A stretch of DNA of 64,000 nucleotides from Squalus acanthias (Eukaryota). The DNA is taken from contig CM059432.1 of NCBI GenBank assembly GCA_030390025.1, forward strand, positions 80,540,001-80,604,000, in the 5' to 3' direction. The stretch's first letter is position 1; every line of letters begins with the position of its first letter. This document shows, piece by piece, positions 49,170-61,989 of this stretch. The notes under the pieces were generated by a model, which was given only the letters and a program-made list of their open reading frames with translations, was not told the origin of the DNA and searched no databases. The position numbers were made by a program, and so were the translations under genes.

Positions 49170-50225
49170 AATAGGAGAGGACTGGTGAACAGCAAATGTA
49201 ATTCCTATCTTCAAAAAGGGAGATAGAACTAACTCAGGCAAATATAGACTAGTTAACTTACCATCAGTGGTAGGAAGGGTTAAAACAACAACTTGCATTT
49301 ACATTGTGCCTTTAACATAGTAAAAGGTCCCTAGGTGCTTCACAGGACAAACAAAATTTGACACTGAGCCACATAAGGAGATATTAGGACAGATGACCAA
49401 AAGCTTGGTCAAAGAGTTAGGTTTTAAGGCGCGTCTTAAAGGAGAAGAGAGAGGAAGAGAGGCAGAGAGGTTTAGGGAGAGAATTTCAAATCTTAGGACC
49501 TAGGCAGCTGAAGGTGCTAAAATCTTTGCTAAAAGATCAGATAACAAAACATCTAGAGACAGAGAATATAATAAAAAAAAGTCAATATGGATTTCTAAAA
49601 GGAAGGCTATTTTTAACCAACCTTATTAAATTCTTTGAAGAAATAACGGAAGAGTAGACAAGCGCATTGTGGTGGATGTGTTATATATGAACTTTCAGAA
49701 GGTGCCAAATAAGACACTCATGACAAAGGTTAGTTTGTGTGGAGTCAAGGGCCATGTAGCAGAATGGATTGAAAGATGGTTACAAAATAGAAAATATGGT
49801 AGGAGTTAAGGGAAGTATCTCACAGAAAGTGGGAAGTGGTGTCCTGCAGGGATCTGTGCTGGGACCATTCTTGTTCACCATAAACATTAATGATTTGGAC
49901 TCGGAAATTGGAGTTATGGGCTTGAAATTTGCAGATGATACCAAATTGGGAGAGTAAAGCTTATAATATGGAGGACGGCACAAAATACAGGAAGACATAA
50001 ACAGGCTTGCAGAGTGGGCGGATAAATGGCAAACAAAATTCAGTATGTGTGAGGGGTTTATTTTGGTAGGAGGAATAAGGAGGCCACTTATTCCTTGGAA
50101 GGTAAGAAACAATGATGTAGAGGAAAAAAGAGATCCAGGAATACAGATATATAAATCACTAAAGTAGCAACACAAGTTGATAATGCCATAAAGAGTGCAA
50201 ACACAGTGCTGGAGGTCATTTCTAG
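49170..50225 (+). mobile_element. Old CR1 RT fragment with a nested minus-strand L2 3' end (about 49285-49515)
   Basis: EDW*TANVIPIFKKG, SGVLQGSVLGP, KFADDTKLG. L2 tail acaacaacttgcattt at about 49285. Confidence 0.8.
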
Positions 50226-51230
50226 AGCAGTGGCTCATCACCACCTTCTCAACATCAAATAGGGTATCATTTGCCAGTGACACCCATATGCCGAGAATTA
50301 ATAATTAAAAAAAATAAAGGGTCCTCACCCTATCTTCTGTCCCTGTCTACATGTATACCATGTAAAGCTAAACAAATTAGCATACCACCTTCAGGTTTTT
50401 GATTTAAGTATATATGTGTGCACCGTGCTGAGTTATACTCAGTATAACTTGGTTCTGTCAGATCCACATTTCCCTAAAGCAGGTATTCAAGTGAAACTGG
50501 TAGATACAGAATAACAGTGGCATTGTTGGTGGCACCGGTTATGTAAGAAAGAAATAGTGCAGTGGCTAATGGGTTAAAGCCATATGGCAACAGACAATAA
50601 AAATATGCTTTGTTTGAAAAAAGTTTTATCTTATTAGAGAGTTTTCCAAAGTAAGTTTAAAGGACATTTCTGTGATCTCTGTCATGTCCAAATGGTTATG
50701 GAGGAATTGTCTGAGAGAGCTGGTGACTGAATTCAACACAAGCTATGCCAGTTTAAATATTTCTTGTTTTAACTATAAAATCTTTGCTGTAATACAGTTT
50801 CCAGTAATTTTATATTACTTAGAAAAAATGTACCTAAATATAGCCATTTATTATTTATGGTTCACAGTAGAAACTTTTCAAAGAATAAACTGTGCTTCTG
50901 TGCAAAGTACCAACTGCAGTTTTTTTTTAATTTTGGGGAAGTGAAATTTAAGCAATAGCACCAACCATAGTTGTCAAATGTTTCCCAAAAGTTCAGAAAT
51001 TCTGTGTGGCTGAGGGGAAGAGCTGAGTGTTCAGTGTGCACTTCTGTATAATAATTTTTATGGTGTCATTTTAGAGAGCTGATAGTGGAAAAAGTAGTTT
51101 GGACATAAAAATTCTGGATACCCCTTAATAGCTGTAATGATGCAGTACTCAGTTAATGTAAAATGTACAGTTACATGCACTTTCTTTACTGTTTGCAAAG
51201 ACTCAAAGGTGTACAAATAGATAAAAGCAT

Positions 51231-51477
51231 TTAAGTATTACATTTTCTTTTTCTTTTGGGCTGGTGTAGTGTTTGAGTGCTTTCATGGCAACGTGCAGTA
51301 TCATGTACAATTTGTGTATAACTGGTCAGATTGAAATATGAATGCAACATCTTGGACACCTTGATCAACATGATCGGCTCCGAGACCCCTCTTTCAGTCT
51401 GTACAAAATAGCAACAACGACAACTTGCATTTATATAACGCCTTTAATATAGAAAATGTCCCAAGGCGCTTCACAGT
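51231..51477 (+). repeat. Dispersed direct repeat, copy 1 (copy 2 at 59931-60174)
   Basis: Near-identical sequence by direct comparison, e.g. cttggacaccttgatcaacatgatcggctccgagacccctctttcagtctgtacaaaatagcaac in both. Confidence 0.95.
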
Positions 51478-51500
51478 AATCAGACAAAATTTGACACCAA

Positions 51501-52323
51501 GGGGGTGATTTTGCCAATGGGGAGCTTTTGGAGGCGGGACTCCCACTTGTCGGGTTTCAGTCCTGCCTCCAACAACTTCTGGCCAACCCACGCTATTTTC
51601 CCTTGATTGACCTTGTTAAGCCCGCCCAGCGGGCTTAGCAGGCCAATTAAGGGAAAGCCGGTTGCAGAGCACTTCAACGTATGACGTTTCATCTGTCAAA
51701 AATTTTTGACAGATGAATTGTCATCGTTTGATAGCTCTGTGAAGCTGTCAAACTGACATTCTCTGCAGTTTGATGAGGTCTTAAATACAAGACCCCATCA
51801 AACTTCTTTCTTTAACAGAATTAAGATGGTTGTTGCATCTGTGAATGCAACGGCCACCTGTCATTCCCAACGTGGAGGTGCGAGACTCTCCGCATACAAA
51901 CCGACTGAAGCCTGCAGGAAGAAACAAAGGTAAGTACACTTTTAATAACACTTTGCACTTACCTCAGATACTCACCTCTCCACACTTACACCCATCACTT
52001 ACCTTCACAGCACACTTTTGCACCCCTGCAGACCCCCTACTCACCTTGCTGAGCTGGTGGGTTTCGGAGCCTTCGGGAAGCCCACACTTGTGAGGGCAAA
52101 AAGGGGATAATCCTATTTTCTGCCTGTTAACTACCTGTTAACAGGCAGTTAATAGGCTTTAATCCCTTCCCCCCTCCAAGGAGACGGGACCCGACACGGG
52201 ACGGCTACCCGCCTCCTAGGAAGATGGCATGGAGGCGGGTTGGGCACCTACCCCCAAATTCTGCCATTTTCCCGGCAGTCCCGCCTCCATACCCGCCTCC
52301 CCAGGGCTGGCAAAATCGCCCCC
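51501..52323. mobile_element. Harbinger-type MITE (family C, copy 2) inserted in an L2 tail
   Basis: TIR gggggtgattttgcc / ggcaaaatcgccccc. CAA 3-bp TSD. Confidence 0.88.
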
Positions 52324-52607
52324 CAAGTCGCTGAAGAAATTTTTCTTCTTCAAATTATCCACTTCCTTTTTAAAAGCTATTCTGGCGTCTGCTTCCTTCT
52401 GTTAGGGCATTCCATATTCTAACAATCCTTTACGTAAAGAAATTCTTCTAGTTTCTATCTTTGTTCTCCAAATTTTATGCTTTTTACTTCCTTTTTCATC
52501 TCTAATTGGCCAATCTTTTCCTTAACTATTTTGAATGGGCTCGATGGGCTGAATGGCTTTTTCCCAGTTTACTGTTTCTTATATTGTTATGTTCCTGCTA
52601 TCTAACT

Positions 52608-54748
52608 CAGTGTTTCTCAAACTAGGGTCCGCGGACCCCTGGGGGGTGTGTAGAGACTTTCCAGGGGTTCGCGGCCTGCCCGCCCTGCCCGTACTGTCCC
52701 GTGTTGCCGGGGCCATGGTTTTCCTCAAGCTCTGGGACCTGGTACGTCCCATGCTGTGCACCTTGTTGTTAGTGAGACTGTGGAAGAGGAGCTGCGGCTG
52801 CTGCTTGGGCCTGCGAGCTGGAGCCAGGGAACGGTGACTGGTGACTGGAGCCTGAGCCGAGCCAAACCGCCAGGGGGGCGTGGTCACTAAATGGCCAGTG
52901 GGCTGGGTTTCCCCCGGGGGCCGGCTCTTCTCCTGCCCCTGCCCCTACTCCGGAATCAGGATTCTCGAGTCACTGCCACCCCCGGTTGCGATGGGATTTC
53001 ACCGGTTGCCCCCGGGTTACATTATTGGGGGGAGGTGGGAGGGAGGCACGTGCCGGGCGTTCCATTATTGGCCGGGGTGGGAGGGGCACTGGGGGTTCCA
53101 TTCTGGGGGGCGGGCACACGCCGGGGCTTTGTGGCCCGAAACTTTTTGCGTGCACACGGTGCCCCTTTGATGGGCTGTGGGTCCGGGTCTGTACTTTGTG
53201 CTCGTGCTGAGTTCTTGATTTGAGCGAGATCCTTTCTGCTGGTGTGGAGGCTGCAGCAGGTGGTGAATGAACTACGCTGCACTTTGCATATCTATTTAAG
53301 CTCGGCTCCAGGGGCGCAGAGGTTTGTGAGCAGGTTGCATGCCTGCCTTCTTAATCAGGAATAGTGCTGGGAGAAGAAGTAAACCTCTGTCGGTGGCCGT
53401 CGGTATGTCTTATATTGATGGTACCAAAAGTCAGCCTGATTCGTGAAATTTTTCAGTAGTTTCAGTGATCATAGAATCAGCTCATTTTAAGCCTGCTCCC
53501 CTTTATAAAACCGACACTGATTCAGTTCTTGCAAATTCCTCACAACTCTCACTCACTTTGTAATGAGCACTCCCTGCTGGTCGAGTCGATTCCTCTCCCT
53601 GGTGCCGCGGCCTTGTCCCATCCTCCCAACACGTGACGCCTGCGGGGCCCTTCAAACAGGTGCCTGAACGTGTTCATGCCAACACGTACAATCCCACAGT
53701 GCAGCTGTGCCAGAACATGCCAGTGGGACAGTATGAGGGTGAGTCATGCTTCCAACCACACCCCAGCATGTGCATGGGTGCTTGTGCCCTCACTCGCCTT
53801 GGCCAGCCAGCTGACGGCTTTAAATATTGTCCAGCACTGTGGCTAATAGTAGCCATCTGTTGCTGCAGCGCACCCAGAATTGGTGTGAGAAGCAGGCACA
53901 TCCACCTCACTGATATCTGTAAGTAAATACCTGGGGGTAAAAATTCGGTAGCGCCCCGAGAGGGAGGAGGAGCGCTACTGGAAGCGCACAGTGTCCCTCT
54001 TGGGGCGCTGCAAGTCAAAACCGCGGCGCTATGTGCCGCAGCGCCACGGGCTGTGGCACGTCGCGCCGCGGTACTGCAGGCCTTCCTCCCCTTATTAAAA
54101 GGGGAGGGGCCTGGTGCAGCGCGTCCCGGCGCCCAGCTGGGCCACCAGGGATCGGGAGTGCCGGCAAACAAGCCCGGCACTCAAGAGGAGTGCCAGGCTC
54201 ACGGAGCGCAGTCGGCACCCCGCGGGGGAGGCTTCACAGGGGCAGGGGACAGCAACGGGGGCAGGTGCTTGCAGGTGCTGGCAGGCAGCTAGCAACAAAA
54301 ATGGCCGCCCGCCACCTCCCCTTTAACTAGCGCCGCCCCGGCCGCAGGTAGGTCCCCCTGACCCCGGCGGACATAGCGTCTGGCAGTAAGTCGGGTGGGC
54401 GCCACCCAATATTACAGCTGGGGCGCGAGCGGGGCGCTGCGCACGGCAATGACATCAGGCGGTAATGGTTAGCGCCGCCACTAACCTCCCGCTGAATTTC
54501 GCGGGAGGCGTAAGCAAGCGGCGCACCCAGGCACTAGTTGATTTGCGCCCTGTTCGCGCCCTCAGAGGCGCAAATCAACTGAATTTAGCCCCCCTGTTTT
54601 CTTAAGAGCATTATTAAAACACTCTTTCCGTGCGGCACTTTTATATTATCAGTATTATATAGTATTATGATTTAGCTGGGGGGGGAGGTTGTGATTACTA
54701 ATCGATTTGAAAAGCGGTCCTTCAACCAAAAAAGTTTGAGAACCACTG
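52608..54748 (+). mobile_element. Non-autonomous hAT (Charlie-like) DNA transposon
   Basis: TIR cagtgtttctcaaact / agtttgagaaccactg. Perfect 8-bp TSD atctaact (52600-52607 and 54749-54756). Transposase C-terminal relic EKQAHPPH* at 53887-53913. Confidence 0.93.
53934..54593. mobile_element. GC-rich Harbinger-type MITE (family B, copy 2) nested in the hAT element
   Basis: ggggtaaaaattc / gaatttagccccc termini. CTG 3-bp TSD. Homologous to 37494-38199. Confidence 0.87.
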
Positions 54749-55217
54749 ATCTAACTGACTCGCTGCCTATATATTGTATCATCATGTGATCTAGTCCCAC
54801 TATCACTATCCATTTTGAATATATTATCTAAATCCATTACAGAATTTTTATAATTTTAACAATTGTCTACATTTCCCCAGAATGACTAACCCTATCTGTC
54901 TAATCCCAGACTTGTGGCTGGGAGCTTAATTTTGAATATCATCCTTGTTGCCTTCTCTTCATACTCTTTACAACCTCAATATTTATAATCAAATGTGAGG
55001 TCTTTATAAGTGGTGGGACATAGTAATTTGTGTAAGGAAAGATCAGAGATAGAGAGAGAATTATGCCGGTATCAGTATAAATCCTGCTTCAGTTTTCAAT
55101 TGATCACTCCTGGTGAATTGCCAGCTGTAACTTTCCAGCACTTGTGACCATTTTATAGTTGGTATGACTTAGTCGGATTAATGAGGGTGAAATTTTTGTG
55201 CAATATTGCATTATTTA

Positions 55218-55668
55218 GTGTCAGCTGTCGCTCAGTGGGTAGTACACTCGCCTCTGACTCAGAAGGTTGTGGGTTCAAGTCCCGCTCCAGGGACTTGAGC
55301 ACATAAATCTAGGCTGACACTCCAGTGCAGTGCTGAGGGAGTGCTGCACTGTCGGAGGTGCCGTCTTTCAGATGAGACGCTAAACTGAGGCCCCGCCTAC
55401 TCTCTCAGGTGGATGTAAAAGATCCCATGGCACTATTTCGAAGAAGAGCAGGGGAGTTATCCCCGGTGTCCTGGCCAATATTTCTCCCTCAACCAACATA
55501 ACAAAAACAGATTATCTGGTCATTATCACATTGCTGTTTGTGGGACTTTGCTGTGTGCAAATTGGCTGCCGCGCTTCCCACATTACAACAAAAGTACTTC
55601 ATTGGCTGTAAAGCACTTTGAGACATCCGGTGGTCATGAAAGGCGCTATATAAATGCAAGTCTTTCTT
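55218..55668 (+). mobile_element. Full-length tRNA-derived Deu-SINE (SacSINE1-like) with an L2-type tail
   Basis: A-box-like gctcagtggg and B-box ggttcaagtcc. Deu-domain ggaggtgccgtctttcagatgagacg..aaagatcccatggcact..ccccggtgtcctggccaa. Tail aaggcgctatataaatgcaag. Confidence 0.88.
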
Positions 55669-55807
55669 AATTATTATTCACTGCTGATGTACCGAAGAGA
55701 AAAAACCCATAATATATCCATTTCTTTATATTTAATTTGTCTGAGAAAAAAATACCAACACCAGCTGTGAACTGCAAGTCTTTAAATGCCCTTTTTGTGT
55801 TGTGTAG

Positions 55808-55944
55808 GAACTGTGGCCGCTGTATCCGGGCTGCATCCCGGTCAGTGCATCATCAAAGTAAATGGGATCAATGTGAGCAAAGAGAGTCATGCAAGTGTGA
55901 TTGCACATGTCACAGCATGTCGGAAATATAAACGCCCTTCACAG
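55808..55944 (+). CDS. PREX2: PREX2 internal exon (PDZ2 C-half): (G)[45 protein letters not shown]
   Basis: gtgtag|GA acceptor and CAG|gtaagt donor. 137 nt, phase 1 to 0. Continues in frame from the exon ending at 24410. Confidence 0.96.
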
Positions 55945-56469
55945 GTAAGTCACTTACCTCTTTGTCTTCATACTCATCTCTAACAAACATATTTGTTCAT
56001 TTAACAAAAAATTAACATTTATTGTCTGCTAAGAATACTGGTTTTGTTAAATTTAATAAGTACCTTTTGAAACAGTTCTCTTTACACTATGGGCAAAAGA
56101 GAATTGTGTCCAAGCTTTTTGTCTTCGTGCGCCACATAGGCGTGTATCATGGAGGGTTGAGGGCTACATATAAAGTTTAAATCCATGTGTCTGTTAATTA
56201 GTAAATATCTGAAGTTGCTGGTACTAATAGACTTTGGTGTTCTAATCTAGGATTTATCCACCAATGAGAAAGCAGCGCTAAAAACAGGCCCACAAAATTC
56301 AAACAAGATAAACCATGTGACTAGCCTGTAATTCTAGGGCTGGGTTGTCAAGGTCAGGGGCCACACGTTCAATGCCCCAGCTCTGTTGAATTGTGAATAT
56401 ACTCCCGACGTATGGAGCACTTGCTGAAGCGCAGCATTCACTGAAGTGGAATTTCACTGCAGAGACATG

Positions 56470-57003
56470 GGGGAAAAAACGGGTGGGTTAGAGGCACGGG
56501 GGGGGGGGATGTTGAAGTTTTAAAAATCTAAAACCCGAACCCAACCCGCCTCCGACCTGCCCACTTTCACCTTTTACTCAGGCGGGATGGGGGTGGGTAG
56601 CCAACCTGCTGCCAGGAGGTGGGTTGGTATTTTAAATATTATAATGAGGCCTGAAGCCTCTGCTTTAACCTGCTGTGCAGGTTTTACTGCAGACGGCCGG
56701 GAATCCCAGGCCTCGGACCCACCCCCCACCCCCGAGGATTACATCTCACCCCCGGGGTCGGGGATCGGACCCCCTCCGGGGATCGAAACCACCCTGCTTC
56801 CCCCGGACCCCGCACCTACCTTGTCCTGCGGCCTCCTGGTCAGCGTTGCCCGCCGGCTTCCAGGCGGGAAACCCACCCATTATGTCACACGCACGCTGTG
56901 GAGTTAAAATTCCACAGTGTGCGGGGAAACCCGGAACTCTGGGTTTCCCATGATCTACCGGTCCCCTCGCTTAGGGCGGGTGGAAAATGAAAAAATCGAG
57001 CCC
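56470..57003. mobile_element. Harbinger-type MITE (family D)
   Basis: Right end aaaatcgagccc matches the element 1 TIR. Internal cccaacccgcc blocks are shared with 61990-62300. Confidence 0.7.
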
Positions 57004-57261
57004 TTTGATGCAAACCATCTATTCTTACTCTAATTAACAATAATGAAAACTAAAACATTGTAACAATGAGGTGAGTGAAGGAGACCATTAAATGTGCAGA
57101 TAGCTACTGTTACGCATTTAGGATTATATGATAATTTGGTAGAATGCACTCCCTTTAAGTACAGTGAAAACGTAATAAAATCACAAGGATTAGATGAAAT
57201 TCTGACCTAAAATAACATGGTATCTTATTTTTGAGTATCTGTTGCACTAAGTAGGATTTTA

Positions 57262-58240
57262 ATGAGCTGGCGTACACTGCCCTCTGTGGCAATGAGTTCC
57301 ACAGGTTCACCACTCTCTGAGTGAAGAAATTCCCCCTCATTTCTGTCCTAAATGGTTTAGCCCTTATCCTTAAATTATGTCCTCTAGTTCTGTTCTCACC
57401 CGCCAAGGGAAACATTCCTTCTGCATCTAATCTGTCTAGACCTGTCAGAATTTTATACACTTCTATGAGGTCCCCTCTCAATCTTCTAAACTCCAGTGTG
57501 TACATCCCTAAACTACATAGTCTCTCCTCATAGGTCAATCCCGCCATTCCTGGTATCAGCCTGGTGAATCGCCGCTGCACCCCCTCCATGGCAAGAACAT
57601 CTTTCCTCAGATGAGGCGACCAAAACTGTACACAGTACTCGAGGTGTGGTCTCACCAGTGCCCTGTACAGCTGCAGCAAGGTATCCCTGTTCCTGTATTC
57701 CAACCCTTTTGCTATGAAGGCCAGCATACCGTTTGCCTTCTTGACCGCCTGTTGCACCTGCATGCTCGCCTTCAGTGACTGGTGTACAAGAACACCCAGG
57801 TCTCTCTGTACTTCCCCCTCTCCCAATTTATTGCCATTTAAATAATAATTTGCCCTCCCGTTCCTGCACCCAAGGTGGATAACTTCGCACTTGTCCACAT
57901 TATAGTGCATCTGCCATTTATCCGCCCAATCACCCAGTCTGTCCAAATCGCTCTGGAGCTTCCTGGTCTCCTCCTCTGAGCCCACCCCCCCTCCTAGTTT
58001 AGTGTCGTCTGCAAATTTGGAAATGCTGCATTCGACTCCCTGATCCAGGTCATTAATATAAATTGTGAACAGCTGGGGACCCAGGACAGATCCCTGTGGT
58101 ACCCCACTTGTTACTGCCTGCCATTCAGAAAATGAGCCGTTTATTCCAACTCTCTGTTTTCTATCTGACAGCCAGTTCTCTATCCACGTCAATACTTTCC
58201 CCTTTATCCCATGAGCTTCAATTTTCCATGCTAATCTTTT
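57262..58240 (-). mobile_element. CR1 LINE RT/C-terminal fragment, open frame, truncated at both ends
   Basis: ORF 57155..58267: SGVPQGSVLGP, KFADDTK, LEYCVQFWSP, FFTQRVVNLWNSLP. No 3' UTR. Confidence 0.93.
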
Positions 58241-58819
58241 GTGGCTGCAATGGGACTGTTGACACAAATACGCATTTTATCTCAGGTTTAGCATAATTTT
58301 GTCACCGTGAAAAAGAGGTTAAAAACCAGCATCACTCATAGAAAATATGGCCTAGTTTATATTTGATAAAATAGTTACAACAGTTAGTCATTTTGTCTTA
58401 GTTAGATGTCCAATAGAGGGGCCAAGCCATTCCATCAAAATATAAACATTTTGTAGGTGTTACCAGCATATAAACAGATGTTCACTGATAATGGTACCAA
58501 GGACCATCATGTGGATGAGGAATAGGAGAGGGCCAACAATAGAATATAAAAATACATAGAAGTTACATCTCAGAAACAGGTTATTCGGCCCAACCAGTCC
58601 ATGTGGATGTTAACCCTCCACATGAACAAATAGTCCTCATCATATTTACCCACCCTGTTCCCATATCTCTTCCTCCCCTTTTCCTTCATCCACCTATCCA
58701 ATCTAATCTTGAATGTTGACATAGTTTCTGCCTCACCCACTAACATGTAATCGTGTATCTATGGTCCCGCGTTCTAGAGTCCACAGTTACTGGAAACAGT
58801 CTGCTTCTATCTTTGTTTA

Positions 58820-59930
58820 ATTTATTCTCGGATATGCTGGCAAGGCCAGCATTTATTTCCCATCCCTACTTGGCCTGAGAACCTGGGGGTGGGTCTTCTT
58901 GAACTGCTGAAGTCCATATGGAGAAGGTGCTCCCACAATACTGTTGGGTAGGGAGTTTCAATATTTTGACCCAATAGCAATGAATTTATGGCGATATATG
59001 TCCAAGTCAAAATGGTGAGTGAATTGGAGGAAAACTTGGAGGTGGCGGTGTTCCTATGCACCTGCTACCCTTGTCCTTTGAGGTGATGGAGGTCGCAGGT
59101 TTGGGAGGTGCTGCTGAAGAAGCCTTGGTGAGTTGCTGCAGTGCATCCTGTAGATAGTACACACTGCAGCCACAGTATGCTGATGGTGGATGTATAGACA
59201 TGTGGTTGAGGAGCCGATGAAGTGGACTGCTTTGTCCTGGATGATGTCGAGCTTCTAGATTGCTGTTGCAGCTGCACCAATCCAAGCAAGTGGAGAGCAT
59301 TCCATCTCACTCCTGACTTGTGCCTTGTAGCTGGTGGAGAGACATTGGGGAGTCAGGAGGTGAGACACTCGCCGCAGAATACCCAGCCTCTGACCTGCTC
59401 TAGTAGCCATGGCATTTATTTGGCTGGTCCAGTTGAGTTTCCGGTCAATGGTGACCCCCCAGGATGTTGATGGTGGCGGATTTGGCGATGGTAATGCCAT
59501 TGAATGTCAAGGAGCGGTGATTAGACTCTCTCTTGTTGGAGATAGTCATTGCCTGGCACTTGTGTGGCGTGAATGTTACCTGCCACTTATCAGCCCAAGC
59601 CTGAATGTTGTCCAGGTCTTACTGCATGCGGGCACGATCTGCTTCATTATGTGAGGAATTACAGATGGAGCTGAACAATGTGCAATCATCAGCAAATATT
59701 CCCAATGATGGAGGGAAAGTCAATGATAAAGCAGCTGAAGATAGTTGGGCCCAGGATGCTGCCCTGAGGAACCCTACATCGATGTCCTGGAGCTGAGATG
59801 ATTGGTCTCTAACAACCACAACCATCTTCCTTTGTGCCAGGTATTATTCCAACCACTGGAGAGTTTTCCTGCTGATCCTCATTGATTTCAGTTTTACTAA
59901 GGTTTCTTGATGCTACACTTAGTCAAGTGC
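58820..59930 (-). mobile_element. CR1-group (Zenon-like) LINE 3' portion
   Basis: GIFADDCT, GVTIDRKLNWTSQI and YKAQVRSEME motifs with frameshifts. Confidence 0.85.
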
Positions 59931-60174
59931 TTAAGCATAGAATTCTCTTTTTCTTTTGGGCTTGTACAGTGTTTGAGTGCTTTCATGGCAATGTGCAGTA
60001 TCATGTACAATTTGTATATAACTGGTCAGATTGAAGTATGAATGTAACATCTTGGACACCTTGATCAACATGATCGGCTCCGAGACCCCTCTTTCAGTCT
60101 GTACAAAATAGCAACGACATCTTGCATTTATATAACGCCTTTAATATAGAAAATGTCCCAAGGCGCTTCATAGT
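59931..60174 (+). repeat. Dispersed direct repeat, copy 2
   Basis: Matches 51231-51477 with scattered substitutions. Confidence 0.95.
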
Positions 60175-60605
60175 GCACTTTGGCCTGATTGGCACGCTTT
60201 ACACTCAGCTCCAAAAACCATGATTAAAATTCCTCTCCTTTCAATAAGATATATCTGTTTATATGAATGCACAACAATGTTGTTGGAATATACTTTTGGT
60301 TATATATGAACTAAGATACTAACTTTAAAAAGTCCATTACAAAATTGCTTTTAATATAAAAGAAAAACCTAACTGAATGTACACTGAAATTTCCTCATTC
60401 TGAACATTTTCCACACCAGAACACTTGCAAATTATAAGAGAAAATATGCAGATTTCCTCATTTTCACACTGACTCGGCAGCTCCAGCTACGTCTCTGCTC
60501 ATAAAGTTGTGTTATCTTATTATAATAGTAAATCAATCATAAAGTGTGGAATGAAAGTGATAAAATTAATTATACCCACATAATATTTCTGTTTTGCTCA
60601 TGCAG

Positions 60606-60729
60606 CAAGACTCCATTCAGTGGGTGTATAATAATACTGAAATTGGTCAGGAGGATCTACAGAAAATCAGTTTAAAGCTCCCAGCCTCGGGGGGAAGTGA
60701 CAATGACATGCACGATGGATTTAATGAAG
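60606..60729 (+). CDS. PREX2: PREX2 internal exon: QDSIQWVYNNTEIGQEDLQKISLKLPASGGSDNDMHDGFNE
   Basis: atgcag|CAA acceptor and GAAG|gtatgt donor. 124 nt, phase 0 to 1. QDSIQWVYN..QEDLQK is characteristic of P-Rex2. Confidence 0.92.
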
Positions 60730-61989
60730 GTATGTCAGAGTTAGATATTGTCTGAGGTTGACACTTTATACGCACATATGATTCTAATGTGCTTTATGTT
60801 GCTTCTTTTTTCTTTGTATTTTAAATTATTTCTTCCCAGCTTCGCTGCTCCATTTCTCTTTTCCAGCCCAAGTTAGTCCTCCTCTGTTTAAAGTATCTGA
60901 TGGTCCAATTCAATGACATTCTTCACAGATGTAGTTAAGCCATCATGAGATATGATTGAGCAGTGCAAGAAGAAATCCAGCCTAAATATTGTAGGTCTTG
61001 AAGATTCCTGTTGATGCAGTTGAGTACAAATCCACACTAGTATGTGCCCCAGTATGCATGTTCACAACATCAGATCATTTGAGGCCAGTATTGCATGGGC
61101 TCTGTTTATACTGCAGCTGGTATGCAGGAATACCTGATGTGAGACCATCTCTTCCAAATGGTCTAACTGCTGCCATGAATTTTCAGATAGTGCACATTTG
61201 CCATGTTTGTATTACACATTGGCATCCGTTCAATGCCCAAGATACCATGGCATCAAGATCAAAAGTGTAGTGTCAAGCAACTGGAGACTGGCAACTTCAC
61301 CCACCAGAAGAAGCCCAAAGAAGCACAATCTAATTTATAAAAAGCATTCAAGCCCCCACATTAGAGTGCAAATGCACTGTTGCATATCAGTTGATTCATA
61401 AGTCTGCAAGGTCCTCTCTTACCTCCCTCCCCAAATGACAAAAAAAACAGACATACCTCAGCCTAAATGAATAGATAGTAAAATCACTAAGCTGAGTTCT
61501 ACTGCAAGTGGCAAATAAAATGAGTTACTTATTAAAGTTAGCATCTTTTGTTGTTTTTTGCTGTAACATATGTGGAGAAAGAATAATTCTTCTTGAATGC
61601 TGTGCCTTCTATTTTGGATCCATGTGTGGGTGTTTTAGGAGGAGACAGATGATTCTGTTCATTTGAATTTAGCCAGATGTTTTCACTGCTGCAGGCTGAC
61701 ACTATTTCCTTAGTGATGCTAAATACCATGACTGTGTCAAACCGATAGTTTCATTGTACCTGATTTCAGATAACCCCAGATTTCTGGGAATCAAACAGAT
61801 ATCAAAGTGCACCATCCCAATTAGATTTATACTGATTTAAACAGAAAATCAGTTTTGTTTATTTGAATGTCTCACAGACCAAATAAAGGAAAATAAACTT
61901 TTTCTGAAAACTATTATACTTCACATTCTAAATTCAGGACTAAAAATAGAATTCAGCGACTGTAATTAATTTGCAGGAATAGTGACATT

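Noticed and set aside
55218..55295. tRNA gene
   Set aside because: The tRNA-like A and B boxes are the head of a SINE that continues into a Deu domain and L2 tail. The same applies to heads near 9370 and 47820.
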